Of a stretch of DNA of 64,000 nucleotides, positions 47,540 through 57,745 are shown one piece after another. How positions within the stretch are numbered: the first letter of the stretch is position 1; every line of letters starts with the position of its first letter. The notes below the pieces were generated by a model, which was not told the DNA's origin, made no database searches, and worked only from the letters and a program-made list of their open reading frames with translations. A program made the position numbers and the translations under genes. The stretch is from Oligoflexales bacterium (lineage in GTDB: Bacteria; Bdellovibrionota_B; Oligoflexia; Oligoflexales; JAPPIL01), in NCBI GenBank assembly GCA_965215515.1, contig OZ244057.1, positions 128,001 through 192,000 of the forward strand, read 5' to 3'.

Positions 47540-49002
47540 TGAAAGCGTAGCCCTTTGCTCGGCATCTCCCGTGTTGCCACTGTCGCGGGGTACACCGCCG
47601 ACAGCAGACTCAACAGCCAGGCTAGCATACCTATAACGAGGTAGTCACGCCATAGAAAACGCACAGGCACGTTGCCGAGATAGTAGATCTCCTGCGGCAA
47701 GGGGATGGGGTAGTTGGCCAACAGCAGCAGGATAGTTATGCCCATCAACATACCACCGCTCACGCCGATCGTGCCGATCAACACTCCTTGCGCCAGAAAC
47801 ACCCAGTAGGTGCGACGTGCCGTCAACCCCAGCGCACGCAGGAGGGCAATTTGATGGCGGCGGTAGAAGACGGTCATCATTATCGTGCCGCTGATGGAGA
47901 AGGCGGCGACGAGCACGATCAGCATCAGAACCGTCCCCATCGCGACTTTTTCCAGTTGCAGGGCGAAAATCAAGGAGGAGTTAGTCTCTTTCCACGTCAA
48001 GCCCTTGAGCGGTGTCTGTGCCAAGCGGCGGGCGGCTGAGGTAACCCGATCGGGGTCGGGAAAATTGAGTGCAACGCCCGACACGTAATGTTCTTCATCG
48101 AGACTGACATCGTAGTCGGGGAGAAATTTGCGTCCCTCGGCGAGGGCGATTACTGCCCACTTACCATCGTAGGTGAACAGCCCTGTATGAAAAATTCCCA
48201 CCAGCGTGAACACACGTGCCGAGGTTGCCAGCCCTCCTGCGGCGGTTAAGGCACTGTTAGGATTGAGAATAGTTATCTCATCGCCTACTTCTGCGCCCAT
48301 CTGTACGGCTAGGCCATCGCCCAGCAGAATGCCAGGCGGGCTGGAGTCGTGGCGTGGTTGCAGTCCTCGATAGCTACCCTCGAGCAGAGCGTCCCGTCGC
48401 CTAAACCCCCACAACTGCCCGCCTTTGCTCGGCTCGACGGCGAACAACACCGCCGCCGATAGATGGCGATTGTGTTTCAGCACGACATCGACCTGAATGA
48501 AAGGTTCGATCAACGCAGCCTGCGGGAACGTTCGCTGAAACCAGGCGAGCGGGTACTGGTGTAAACTGAAACCGTGAAGCGGATTGTCTCGTAGGTAGAC
48601 CTCCAGATGCGGTAAACCCTTCAGCATCTTCGCTTTCATGTCCCGCTCGAATCCCCCCATCACCGACAACACTACCGTCAGGGCGAGTACTCCCAGTGTC
48701 ACCCCCGCGATGGAGACGAAAGTCATGACCGACAAACCGAAACCATGCCGCGGGTTGCTGAGGTTGCGCCACGCCAACCACAGGACGCTGTTGTGGCGCA
48801 GCACCCGCTCACACACGGGGGCGATGGCTCGCAGCGGGGCGAGCAGTAGACCGCGTTTGCTGGCAACCTTGGTGGCGATGAGGCGTATCCTCAGGTCAAA
48901 AACGAGGGGGCAGCATAGCATAGTTGCGCATAAAGAAACACCGTGCGCCCAGCGTAGCAGTCGATCGCCGCGCGGGGGTGACACTGCCAGCCACGTGTGC
49001 AC
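47536..49002 (-). CDS. lolC: Lipoprotein-releasing ABC permease LolC/E (true start probably ~48.8 kb)
   Basis: SIAGVTLGVLALTVVLSVMGGFE, LIVLVAAFSI, IALLRALG. Confidence 0.88.
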   Translation of the reverse strand: MHTWLAVSPPRGDRLLRWAHGVSLCATMLCCPLVFDLRIRLIATKVASKRGLLLAPLRAIAPVCERVLRHNSVLWLAWRNLSNPRHGFGLSVMTFVSIAGVTLGVLALTVVLSVMGGFERDMKAKMLKGLPHLEVYLRDNPLHGFSLHQYPLAWFQRTFPQAALIEPFIQVDVVLKHNRHLSAAVLFAVEPSKGGQLWGFRRRDALLEGSYRGLQPRHDSSPPGILLGDGLAVQMGAEVGDEITILNPNSALTAAGGLATSARVFTLVGIFHTGLFTYDGKWAVIALAEGRKFLPDYDVSLDEEHYVSGVALNFPDPDRVTSAARRLAQTPLKGLTWKETNSSLIFALQLEKVAMGTVLMLIVLVAAFSISGTIMMTVFYRRHQIALLRALGLTARRTYWVFLAQGVLIGTIGVSGGMLMGITILLLLANYPIPLPQEIYYLGNVPVRFLWRDYLVIGMLAWLLSLLSAVYPATVATREMPSKGLRFQ

Positions 49003-49071
49003 GGCAAAACATCAGTGGTCAAGTGCTCGTGATGTGGCTAGGGTGGAGAGAAATAACTGTGGGAGGGTTGT

Positions 49072-49260
49072 GTGCGTGTTTTACTGCGAAGACGAGGGGG
49101 GGCGACGTTGGAGTACATTCTGGTCTCGACCTTCGCCACCATCTTGACAGTTGCGGCCTTGACTTATTTGGCGGGTGTATTCAGAGAGCGTATCGGCTTG
49201 TTGTCCGATAAGTTGGGGGTCGAGGTGGAGTTGGAGGATTTTGATTTTTTATCCCGCTAG
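49072..49260 (+). CDS. Flp/type IVb pilin-like small protein
   Basis: Basic leader RRRG then GATLEY (Glu +5, Tyr +6) and a hydrophobic helix; GGGAGG RBS. Confidence 0.6.
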   Translation: MRVLLRRRGGATLEYILVSTFATILTVAALTYLAGVFRERIGLLSDKLGVEVELEDFDFLSR

Positions 49261-49282
49261 CGGTGATTCTTCGTGCCCTTGC

Positions 49283-50335
49283 TCAACTTTTTTTGAGTCG
49301 CCGTAGCTCGCGTTCGAGTTTCTGCACTCTCTGGGCGAGGGCAGGGAGATTCTTGTACACCGCCTGTTGCCTGCGCCACAACGCACCAGGCAAGGCGGGA
49401 GCACCCGCGTACTGACCAGAGGTGGCGGGATTTTTGCTGATGCCACCCCGTGTGCCCAACACAACATGATCGGGAATGGTAAGACTGTTAGCGATACCCG
49501 TCTGCGCCGCCATAATCAAATTGCGCCCCACCTTCGTGCTGCCCGCAATGCCCGACTGAGCCGCAATCAGGCTGAATTTACCCAGATCGACGTTGTGCCC
49601 TATATGCACCTGAGCGTCGAGCTTACAACCCGTGCGGATACGCGTCTCGGCGAAAGTCGCACGCGCGATCGTATTCAACGCCCCGATCTCACAGTTGTCC
49701 TCGATGACGATACGCCCGCGATGCGGAATCTTTACCGCCTCCCTACCCGTCTGCGCAAAACCAAACCCGTCGTTGCCGATCACCGCACCCGCATTGATGA
49801 CAACATTGTCACCGATCTCACAGTCGTCAAAGATGGTAACCTGAGGAAAGATCGTGCAGTTCTTGCCTACCACTACCCCCGCACCGATATAACTATGAGG
49901 ATAGATGACACTACCACCCCCGATAACACTGCCCTTATCGATGAACACATAGGGATAGAGAATCGCCTGCGTATCGACTTCAGCTTGAGAGTGGACATGC
50001 GTCAGCTGACTGCGAGGCGGATACTCCCTGTCGCTGCCATCGAGCAACGCAGCCAACTCTGCCATCGCTACATAAGGATTCGCAGTGATGATCTGCGGCA
50101 CAGACAATTCAGGGACCGCCGCGGCGACGAGGATAGCACTGGCCGCGGTAGTGCGCGCCTTGCCGAGATGGGCTGGATTGGTCAGGAAACTCAACTCACC
50201 GCTGACCGCTTGGTCGAGTGGAGCAACCCGCGTAATCTCGATAGCGAGCACCGCCTCGTCCGCCACCGCCAGCTTGCCCGCCGTCTTCTGTAAAACTTCC
50301 CCTAGCTGCATCGCCACACGCCCCACACTGCCCAA
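49283..50335 (-). CDS. lpxD: UDP-3-O-acyl-glucosamine N-acyltransferase
   Basis: Hexapeptide repeats, DGFGF, KIPH, VHIGHNV, GIAGS. Confidence 0.95.
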   Translation of the reverse strand: MGSVGRVAMQLGEVLQKTAGKLAVADEAVLAIEITRVAPLDQAVSGELSFLTNPAHLGKARTTAASAILVAAAVPELSVPQIITANPYVAMAELAALLDGSDREYPPRSQLTHVHSQAEVDTQAILYPYVFIDKGSVIGGGSVIYPHSYIGAGVVVGKNCTIFPQVTIFDDCEIGDNVVINAGAVIGNDGFGFAQTGREAVKIPHRGRIVIEDNCEIGALNTIARATFAETRIRTGCKLDAQVHIGHNVDLGKFSLIAAQSGIAGSTKVGRNLIMAAQTGIANSLTIPDHVVLGTRGGISKNPATSGQYAGAPALPGALWRRQQAVYKNLPALAQRVQKLERELRRLKKS

Positions 50336-50608
50336 AAAATAGTCACCCTGTACAAAACCTCAACACCCCTGCCTATCAGTAGGAGCTTGCTTTTCATAGC
50401 AAAATCTTGTAGCGTCGGCACTCTGTGCCTCCGCGCACGGTTGGCCCGTTTCTTGAACTGTTGAGGGTAGCTGTGTGCACATATGTCGATAGGTGCACGA
50501 CCCGTGATTGTGTTGAGGACGTGGTAGCTACTCGCTTTCTCTCACGTATTTGCACGATGGGGACTGCGGCAACGCCGCAGCAGTTTTCGCTAACCCCGCG
50601 GTACCCAG

Positions 50609-52720
50609 TTGTCAACAGCTGACCGCAGAGTTGAGAATCGGAGCTTGATTTTGCTAAAGAACACCGCCCCCAAGACCAAAACCGCAACTGACACCCAACA
50701 GTCTGGCCGCGCGCCCGTCTCCAAAACAAAAGGACGCGCTAAACCAGCCAAGCCCCAGCCCCAGAGAGCCACGCGGCATCCGAAAACCGCCAGAAAACCT
50801 GTGGCCAAAGCCAAGCCTGTCACTAAACAGAGAAAGGCTGTGGACAAGATGAGCACAACCCCCAACAAGCCAGCAACCAGCCCCGCCGCAAGACGGAAAC
50901 CGAACGCGGCGGCGAAAAAGAAAATAACGGCACGCCCGAAAGCAGGCAGTGCGGCAGAACGAGCACTGGTCGATAGAATTATCGGTGAATTGCGCATCAT
51001 CGCCGCGGAGCGCAAGGCGCTAGGCAAGGGCGAAATGCACAAAGTTATCGCACGTCATGATCTCGATGCCGTGCAACGCGTGCGTATCACCAAACAGGTG
51101 ATTCGTTTGTTGTCCACACACGTCCGCAGCAAATCCGAGGACGGTTTGCCCGTCGACGACAGCAAAGTAGCTGACGATGAAATTTTGCTCGACACAGGCT
51201 TCTTCAACGAGAGCGGTGGGGAGTTCACCAGCGAACACGAGACATTGGCCACGAACGATGCTAGCCTTACCCGTTCCGTCGATCCCGTTAAAATTTATTT
51301 GCGCAAAATGGGAGGTGTCTCGCTGCTCAGCCGTGAAGCTGAAGTCGAGATCGCCAAACGCATCGAAGAAAAAGAAAACGCCATTCTCCGCAGCATCATA
51401 GATATTCCCATCTCCTACCGACTGATCGTATTGGCGGCCAAGCGTTTCGTGCACGGAGAGATCAACATGCGCGGTTTCATCAAAGCTTTCGACGACGATG
51501 AAGGCTCCGATAACGAAGAGGGCTACTCCGAAAAAATTAAGGAAGCGACCACGGTGTTTTTGCAACACGACGCGGAACTAGAAAAACTGCGAGCTGAGCG
51601 GCAGAGCGAAGCTCCTAGTGCGAAGGTGTCGCAAAATTTTGAAAGTAAACGCGAGGAAGTCTTTCGTGAGCTGAAGGAATTGAATATCAACCGCAAACTG
51701 ATGATTTCCGCCATCAATGCCATCGCCGCACGTGCCTCTTCGGTGCAAGAAAAGAAAAAAGACATCACCTACTACGCAAATCGCTGTAAACTTCCCGCGG
51801 CGGAACTGCGAGCTTATCTGGAGAAAACCCCCCACAAGCCGCTCGCGGGCAGCGCGGCTAAGGACTGGAAGCGCATCGTGCGTACCTTCATCGCCGCCTA
51901 CGATGGCTATCACGAAGATGTACGTGAGGTGGGATTGGATGGTGATGCTATCGTCGCTGCCCATCGCACCTTTGTCGATTTGCAGCGCAAGGCGGAGCTG
52001 GCAAAACGAGAACTGGTGGAAGCCAATCTGCGCCTCGTCGTGTCGATTGCCAAGAAATACACCAACCGCGGCTTGCAGTTCCTCGACCTCATTCAGGAAG
52101 GCAATATCGGCCTGATGAAAGCAGTAGAAAAATTCGAGTATCGCCGTGGCTACAAGTTTTCCACCTACGCCACCTGGTGGATTAGACAGGCGATTACACG
52201 GGCAATCGCCGACCAAGCACGCACGATCCGTGTCCCCGTGCACATGATTGAGTCGATCAACAAACTGATCCGCACCAACCGTGCCCTCGTCCAAGAAATG
52301 GGACGTGAACCTGCCCCTGAAGAGCTCTCCGCCCGCATGGACTTGCCCGTCGATAAGGTGCGCAAAGTAATGAAGATCGCCATCGAGCCTATCTCGCTGG
52401 AAACCCCCATCGGGGAAGAAGATGACAGCCATCTCGGTGATTTTCTGGAAAATAAAGCGGTGGCACTGCCTAGCGAATCGATCGTTTCCAGCAGTCTCTC
52501 CGAACAAACCCAGAAAACACTGGCAACACTGACCTCACGGGAAGAAAAAATTCTCCGCATGCGCTTCGGTATCGGAGAGAAAAGCGACCACACGCTCGAA
52601 CAGGTGGGACAAAGTTTCAACGTCACCCGCGAGCGCATTCGCCAAATCGAAGCCAAAGCACTGAAAAAGCTGCGTCACCCATCACGCAGCAAAAAATTAA
52701 AAACTTTCGTCGAATCCTGA
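50609..52720 (+). CDS. rpoD: RNA polymerase primary sigma factor with a basic N-terminal extension (start uncertain)
   Basis: [56 protein letters not shown]. Confidence 0.97.
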   Translation: MSTADRRVENRSLILLKNTAPKTKTATDTQQSGRAPVSKTKGRAKPAKPQPQRATRHPKTARKPVAKAKPVTKQRKAVDKMSTTPNKPATSPAARRKPNAAAKKKITARPKAGSAAERALVDRIIGELRIIAAERKALGKGEMHKVIARHDLDAVQRVRITKQVIRLLSTHVRSKSEDGLPVDDSKVADDEILLDTGFFNESGGEFTSEHETLATNDASLTRSVDPVKIYLRKMGGVSLLSREAEVEIAKRIEEKENAILRSIIDIPISYRLIVLAAKRFVHGEINMRGFIKAFDDDEGSDNEEGYSEKIKEATTVFLQHDAELEKLRAERQSEAPSAKVSQNFESKREEVFRELKELNINRKLMISAINAIAARASSVQEKKKDITYYANRCKLPAAELRAYLEKTPHKPLAGSAAKDWKRIVRTFIAAYDGYHEDVREVGLDGDAIVAAHRTFVDLQRKAELAKRELVEANLRLVVSIAKKYTNRGLQFLDLIQEGNIGLMKAVEKFEYRRGYKFSTYATWWIRQAITRAIADQARTIRVPVHMIESINKLIRTNRALVQEMGREPAPEELSARMDLPVDKVRKVMKIAIEPISLETPIGEEDDSHLGDFLENKAVALPSESIVSSSLSEQTQKTLATLTSREEKILRMRFGIGEKSDHTLEQVGQSFNVTRERIRQIEAKALKKLRHPSRSKKLKTFVES

Positions 52721-52747
52721 ACTTGCTTACAGTTGATGAGGTAGATT

Positions 52748-53506
52748 ATGCGCACAGTTGCAATTGTCACACAAATAGTACTATTCATAGGTTGCGGGCG
52801 ACAGCCGCTCCAACAACCGACGATCAACACCGCCACCAGCTTGACCCTAAAAATGCAAGAAGCACAAACCGACGGCGAGCCGTCAATGGTAATGCTGCTA
52901 TGCGAAGCAGAAAAATGCACAAACCCACTGCGCGATAAAAGCGGTAAAAACTTTCATTTTAAAAACTATGCCGACCTCTATAACGAAAAAGTGCAAGGAG
53001 AAAACAAAGGACAGAAAATAAAAATGGCACTGCTCGGTATCACCATGACAGCTACCGCCGCAGGTGCGTTGCTCTACATCAAATCTGACGCGATGCGCCG
53101 CACCATCGGCTGGGCTTCTGAAAAAATAAAACGCCTAACGGATGATATTGCTGATCTTGAACAAGGAATTGAAAAAAATAAGCATAAGCTAGCAAAGTTG
53201 AGAGCAGAAAAAACAAAACATGTAGCACGTAAGAAAAAACTTGCAACAAGAGACGCGTTCGTCACCCCCGCTTACTGGACAGCCTTGGGGCTGTCCGCAC
53301 TGGGGACAAACGCCCTCGCTTTTGCTCCAGGGATTGCCGAAGACACGTTATGGAAAAATAATAAACGTATGCTTGCCGACTTGTTTATTCATGGCAATGC
53401 AGTAAAAGTCACCAAAGATGAGTTGACCGATCTGTTCGCTATTTTGGTCAAACAAGTCCCCGTGACCGTGGATGTTGCGGTGCAGAGTTATCTGTTCAGT
53501 ATTTAG
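52748..53506 (+). CDS. Lipoprotein, paralog 1 of a tandem triplet
   Basis: Lipobox FIGC; LTLKMQE...LCEAEKCTNPLR...GKNFHF. Confidence 0.8.
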   Translation: MRTVAIVTQIVLFIGCGRQPLQQPTINTATSLTLKMQEAQTDGEPSMVMLLCEAEKCTNPLRDKSGKNFHFKNYADLYNEKVQGENKGQKIKMALLGITMTATAAGALLYIKSDAMRRTIGWASEKIKRLTDDIADLEQGIEKNKHKLAKLRAEKTKHVARKKKLATRDAFVTPAYWTALGLSALGTNALAFAPGIAEDTLWKNNKRMLADLFIHGNAVKVTKDELTDLFAILVKQVPVTVDVAVQSYLFSI

Positions 53507-53545
53507 TTGATCGTTGTTGTTTCTCACTGCAGAAAGGAAGTCGTT

Positions 53546-54277
53546 ATGAGAGCCCTGTTGATGTTGACAATGGTAGTGCTTGCCGCTTGTGGAAGCAAAA
53601 AAGACAAAGCGAGTAAACATGAAAAGACCGCGCGCGATCTTACCCTAAGACTAGCGGAAAGAACCGTAAAAGATAGGTTACGCACTTACTTACAGCTCTG
53701 TGTGGACGACAAGTGCCACAATGCGCTGCAGGAAAGAAACGGCGCGGAGTTTTATTTTCCTAATCAGATTAGCGATAGACGTAACGACCATCGCCTCCTT
53801 CACACACGGAAGGGGAGAGAAGATAGTCGTAGCGATCGTCGCCCCGTAAACCAGCACCGCGGTGGCTATGAACGTGCACCACGCGTAGAGGCGGTGTTTA
53901 CCCTCGGAGGGCTTAGACTCAGCTATTCCCAGCGCGTCCGCACTGCCTATCGCACCCATGTCGTCTACAACAATCGTACCTCAGATAGAATTCGTAACAT
54001 GGATCGTCATCAAACTGGCGGGCGCAGAGCGGAACGTAAGGACAATGGCGATTACGCTAACGCGCTGAGCACAACAGCTGTGCATCCAAACCTGATGCAG
54101 GTTATCGCGGACAACAGACACTGGGAAGAAAGGGAGCATAGTCTGCGCCAATTATTTGTGGACGGCAAAAAGATTACAGTCAGCAAAAAAGAACTACACC
54201 GTTTGTTGACTATCACTGCTGATTATTTCGATGTTGCCATCAACCGCGCCGTCGCAAAACTTCTGAACCGTAGTTGA
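53546..54277 (+). CDS. Lipoprotein, paralog 2 of the triplet (Arg-rich middle)
   Basis: AAGGA RBS and ATG 53546; lipobox LAAC; LTLRLAE...LCVDDKCHNAL...GAEFYF. Confidence 0.8.
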   Translation: MRALLMLTMVVLAACGSKKDKASKHEKTARDLTLRLAERTVKDRLRTYLQLCVDDKCHNALQERNGAEFYFPNQISDRRNDHRLLHTRKGREDSRSDRRPVNQHRGGYERAPRVEAVFTLGGLRLSYSQRVRTAYRTHVVYNNRTSDRIRNMDRHQTGGRRAERKDNGDYANALSTTAVHPNLMQVIADNRHWEEREHSLRQLFVDGKKITVSKKELHRLLTITADYFDVAINRAVAKLLNRS

Positions 54278-54286
54278 GGAGACGAT

Positions 54287-55048
54287 ATGACGCTGAGAAT
54301 ATTATTAACATTGCTCACTTCCGCTTGCGCAGCAGGCGGAACGAGCGATGTGCAGAACAAGAAAAAAGACAAGCTCGCACTGACCTTGCAAATGCAGGAA
54401 CGCTATCGCGACGGACAGACACAAGCAGCATTGATTTTGTGTCAACACCACCGTTGTTTGAATCCGCTGCGTCACGCAGACGGCAGTGAGTTTTATTTTC
54501 AAGACCACGCCGAAGCCTACAACACTTTCACCCAAAAACACGGGGTGGGCGAGAAGGTAAAGTTCGCCCTGCTGGGAATCGCAGTAGTCGCGGGCAGCGC
54601 GGGGATTATCTTGCTGCTCAGACACGGCTGGAAAGGTAGGAGACTGGACAAACACTTTCCCCTTGTCGATGCACAGGGCAATAAGGTCGATCTCTCCGAA
54701 ATTAGCAAAGGCGACAGAGCTGATAAGACGGTAAAATATTATGTCTCGGATAATACTACACTTACTGCCGAAGAGGCAAAAAAACTCAACAGGGCAATCG
54801 ATCAGTCGTTTGGCGCGGGGGTGACGGCTGCCGCTATCGGAACGGCGAGCTGGGCGACGGTATTCGGGATGGAACTTACTACTAACCCACATTGGCGGCG
54901 TAAGCAAAAAGACTTTGCCGCGCTATTTATGCAGGGTAAGCGTATCGTGGTCAACAGACAAGAGCTGGCCGCGTTATTGCGGGCTATGAACGAAAAGCTG
55001 GGAGTGCGGATTGCTCCTAACGTCACGCACCTTCTCTACGGGAGGTGA
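54287..55048 (+). CDS. Lipoprotein, paralog 3 of the triplet
   Basis: GAGGAG RBS; lipobox TSAC; LTLQMQE...LCQHHRCLNPLR...GSEFYF. Confidence 0.8.
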   Translation: MTLRILLTLLTSACAAGGTSDVQNKKKDKLALTLQMQERYRDGQTQAALILCQHHRCLNPLRHADGSEFYFQDHAEAYNTFTQKHGVGEKVKFALLGIAVVAGSAGIILLLRHGWKGRRLDKHFPLVDAQGNKVDLSEISKGDRADKTVKYYVSDNTTLTAEEAKKLNRAIDQSFGAGVTAAAIGTASWATVFGMELTTNPHWRRKQKDFAALFMQGKRIVVNRQELAALLRAMNEKLGVRIAPNVTHLLYGR

Positions 55049-55902
55049 TAGGCATGCAGGACATGCAGTTGCAAGCGCTGGTAGCGCGTGCTCTAGAAGA
55101 AGATTGGGGTGAGGGTGATTGGGCAACCGACATCTGCGTTCCTCCAGAAACACTCACTACCGCCTCACTAGTTACTCAAGAGCCGCTCGTCGCGGCTTGC
55201 CTTGAGCTGGTCGCCGCGGTTTTCGGTGCGATAGACAGCGAGCTCAAAATCGCACTGCGTGTGCCTAACGGTGCCGCGGTGGGCGCGGGCGAGGTGTTGG
55301 CAGTGCTCAGCGGTCGCACACGTTCCATCCTCAAAGGAGAGCGAGTAGCATTGCATTTTCTCGCCCACTTGTGTGGTATCGCCACCTTGACGGCGCGGTT
55401 TGTCGCTGAGCTAACGAACCACAAGGCACAGCTACTCGCCACGCGTGACGGCACCGTAGGCTTGTGCATGTTGGAGAAGACTGCCAGTGCAATCGGTGGT
55501 GCACACGGTCACCGTCTCGGTATCAGCGATAGCGTGGTTATCAAGCGAAATCATCTGCACGCCGCGGGGGGAATCAAACCTGCTCTAGCGATGTTGAAGG
55601 AGAGTTTACCTCCTACCCTGAAGGTAGAGGTCGAGATCGCACAACTCGCACAGTTGCAGGAGGCGTTGGCGGCGGGAGCTGACTTGATCGTGCTCAACGA
55701 CTTTAGCGGCGCGGAGATTGCCCTGGCGGTGCGCATGGCACAAGGTCAAGTGTTGCTTGAAGCAGCAGGCAACATCGCCCTATCCGAGGTGGGGAAAATA
55801 GCCGCCACAGGTGTTGATTTCATCTCCAGCAGTGCTATTATACGCTCCTCCCGCTGGTCGGAGGTTAGTCTTGTGTGTGGGAGCACGACACTGCCATCCT
55901 GA
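55045..55902 (+). CDS. nadC: Quinolinate phosphoribosyltransferase (NadC) homolog with altered catalytic motifs
   Basis: ALEED..GD, GERVAL, GIAT, HRLG, VEVEI, ATGVDFIS. Confidence 0.8.
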   Translation: MIGMQDMQLQALVARALEEDWGEGDWATDICVPPETLTTASLVTQEPLVAACLELVAAVFGAIDSELKIALRVPNGAAVGAGEVLAVLSGRTRSILKGERVALHFLAHLCGIATLTARFVAELTNHKAQLLATRDGTVGLCMLEKTASAIGGAHGHRLGISDSVVIKRNHLHAAGGIKPALAMLKESLPPTLKVEVEIAQLAQLQEALAAGADLIVLNDFSGAEIALAVRMAQGQVLLEAAGNIALSEVGKIAATGVDFISSSAIIRSSRWSEVSLVCGSTTLPS

Positions 55903-55932
55903 AACTCTTGCCTCTAGCAGCGTCTTCTGTTT

Positions 55933-56916
55933 TTGGAGGAGAACTCTTCCTTGCCGCTAACGAGATATGTTTTGGGGGCGGTGCTTTCTGTCGCTTGTGT
56001 GTCAACACCGACACAAGCACAGGGTGTTTTGCCACACCACCAAGAGTTGGTGGAAACACGCTACCGACAGGAAGTGCGCGGTTTCAACTGGTATTATCGC
56101 TTCGCACTTCTGGCTACGGCACATGCCAACCAAGCCGAGGTGTTGCGTCAGTGTTCGCGTACAGACGGTAGCTTTTGTAACGATGCACAGCTGACACAGA
56201 TATTGCGCCAGGAGGTAGATGAGGTGGCACAGATCGCTGGCTCGATCGCTACCTACAGCGTGGCCTTGACGTGCATCGTGCTGTCCGCCTTCCTGGGGTC
56301 AAAACTCAACGAGCTACTCGCCGCACGCAAAAGCATCACCGCGGCGCAACGTGATTTCGTGCGGGTGTTCATTCCCATTATCACGGGTTTTGGGGTGTTC
56401 TCGGTCGGTGCGCCGTTGTGGGATCCGCTCAAATCGTTTGTGCGCCGCTGGGCTTTCGCCAGTAACCAACGCTCGCGAAAAGAAGATGCCTTCGCAGGCA
56501 AATACCCGCATCGCCCTGAGCTGGAAGCTTATTGGCTACAGATGCAAAAGTATTTCAGTGTCAACGCCCAGATCAGCCGCAACACACTCAGTGCCTTCTT
56601 GGTGCTGGTCACCCCGAGCTTGCAAGACGCACGCCGTGCCTATGACGAGCAGCGTTTTGATTACGCCGCGGCACAGTATGCCAAGGTGATGGTACAGATG
56701 CGCTTTCTCTATTCGGAATTAACCCCCGCCAACTCCATCGTCACCGCGACGGTGCAGAGCTACCTGCGCAACATCGCCCCCACGCAAGAATTTCTCGATA
56801 CAATCCTGTCGATCACGACAGAGCTCGACCCCTTGCAAAGCAAAATCGATGGGCATGATTACTACGTGCGCTGCATCCGTGCCTGGTTCGAAGATGACTA
56901 TGAACCTATGTCCTGA
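55933..56916 (+). CDS. Hypothetical membrane protein
   Basis: 327-aa ORF with a signal-like N-terminus and two hydrophobic helices; start uncertain. Confidence 0.65.
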   Translation: MEENSSLPLTRYVLGAVLSVACVSTPTQAQGVLPHHQELVETRYRQEVRGFNWYYRFALLATAHANQAEVLRQCSRTDGSFCNDAQLTQILRQEVDEVAQIAGSIATYSVALTCIVLSAFLGSKLNELLAARKSITAAQRDFVRVFIPIITGFGVFSVGAPLWDPLKSFVRRWAFASNQRSRKEDAFAGKYPHRPELEAYWLQMQKYFSVNAQISRNTLSAFLVLVTPSLQDARRAYDEQRFDYAAAQYAKVMVQMRFLYSELTPANSIVTATVQSYLRNIAPTQEFLDTILSITTELDPLQSKIDGHDYYVRCIRAWFEDDYEPMS

Positions 56917-56917
56917 T

Positions 56918-57625
56918 TCAGTTGTCAACCTCAATCAACGGTGGCTTGTTGTGTAGGCCACCAGGTTTCTTTCTTAACCCTGGATCATTGTCGTGTCTAA
57001 CACCCAGATTGAAAGCGGCGGAAGCCTTGACGATGAGTTTCAGCTCGAAGCTGTCGCCCTTTTCCATGCTCACGATCTTCAGCGCACAGGATTGCGCTAG
57101 CACCGTGTGACAGACTGGTTCTTCATCATCCTTAAAATATCTCCGCGCGGTCAGTGAGCTGACCCTGTAGGTGCTGATCACCTCGCGCTGCTGTGCCCCG
57201 ACATAAACGTCATGAGTACGCTGTCCATATTGGGTTTCAGCTCTCTTCCTGAGCGCCATGACGGCAGTGAAGGTCAGGGTTAGTTCACTCTCGGTATTTT
57301 TTTTTATCCTATGCGGATGAAGACGCATCTCCAGCTTGCCGTTGGTGTAGACGGGGCCGTGAGTCGAGTTGCCCGCGGGCGTGGTGCTGGGGGGCGCGGT
57401 GGGCGGTGTGGTGGGGGTCGCGCTGCCGTTTGCCTCTGGAGTTCGGGTTGATTCGTCTGTCTCACCAGGACATTGCGGAGAAGGTGAAGTTTGTCCTGCG
57501 CAGGGGTCGGTGTACCCTGCTTGCTCGCTGTCGAAACCATCCGTATCGCGGCCCGACATTGCGCCGCCGTGACAACCGTGTACAGGCAGTAACACCATGA
57601 ACGATAGCAACACCCGCATCAGCAC
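56918..57625 (-). CDS. Hypothetical lipoprotein with a Pro/Thr-rich linker
   Basis: MRVLLSFMVLLPVHGC; ATPTTPPTAPPSTTP. Confidence 0.65.
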   Translation of the reverse strand: MLMRVLLSFMVLLPVHGCHGGAMSGRDTDGFDSEQAGYTDPCAGQTSPSPQCPGETDESTRTPEANGSATPTTPPTAPPSTTPAGNSTHGPVYTNGKLEMRLHPHRIKKNTESELTLTFTAVMALRKRAETQYGQRTHDVYVGAQQREVISTYRVSSLTARRYFKDDEEPVCHTVLAQSCALKIVSMEKGDSFELKLIVKASAAFNLGVRHDNDPGLRKKPGGLHNKPPLIEVDN

Positions 57626-57745
57626 TGTAGATGCCCCCGTAAAAAGCAGACACCCTATCGGCTTGGAAGGGCAAAACTTGAGAGGGGCACCCGCTTAGCT
57701 AAAAAATGTTTAAATATCAGTGATATATGGGAAAAAACTAATTAT

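Noticed and set aside
45747..52507. Long antisense ORFs (325, 308 and 309 aa) opposite bamA, lpxD and rpoD
   Set aside because: Typical shadow frames of conserved GC-rich genes, with no motifs.
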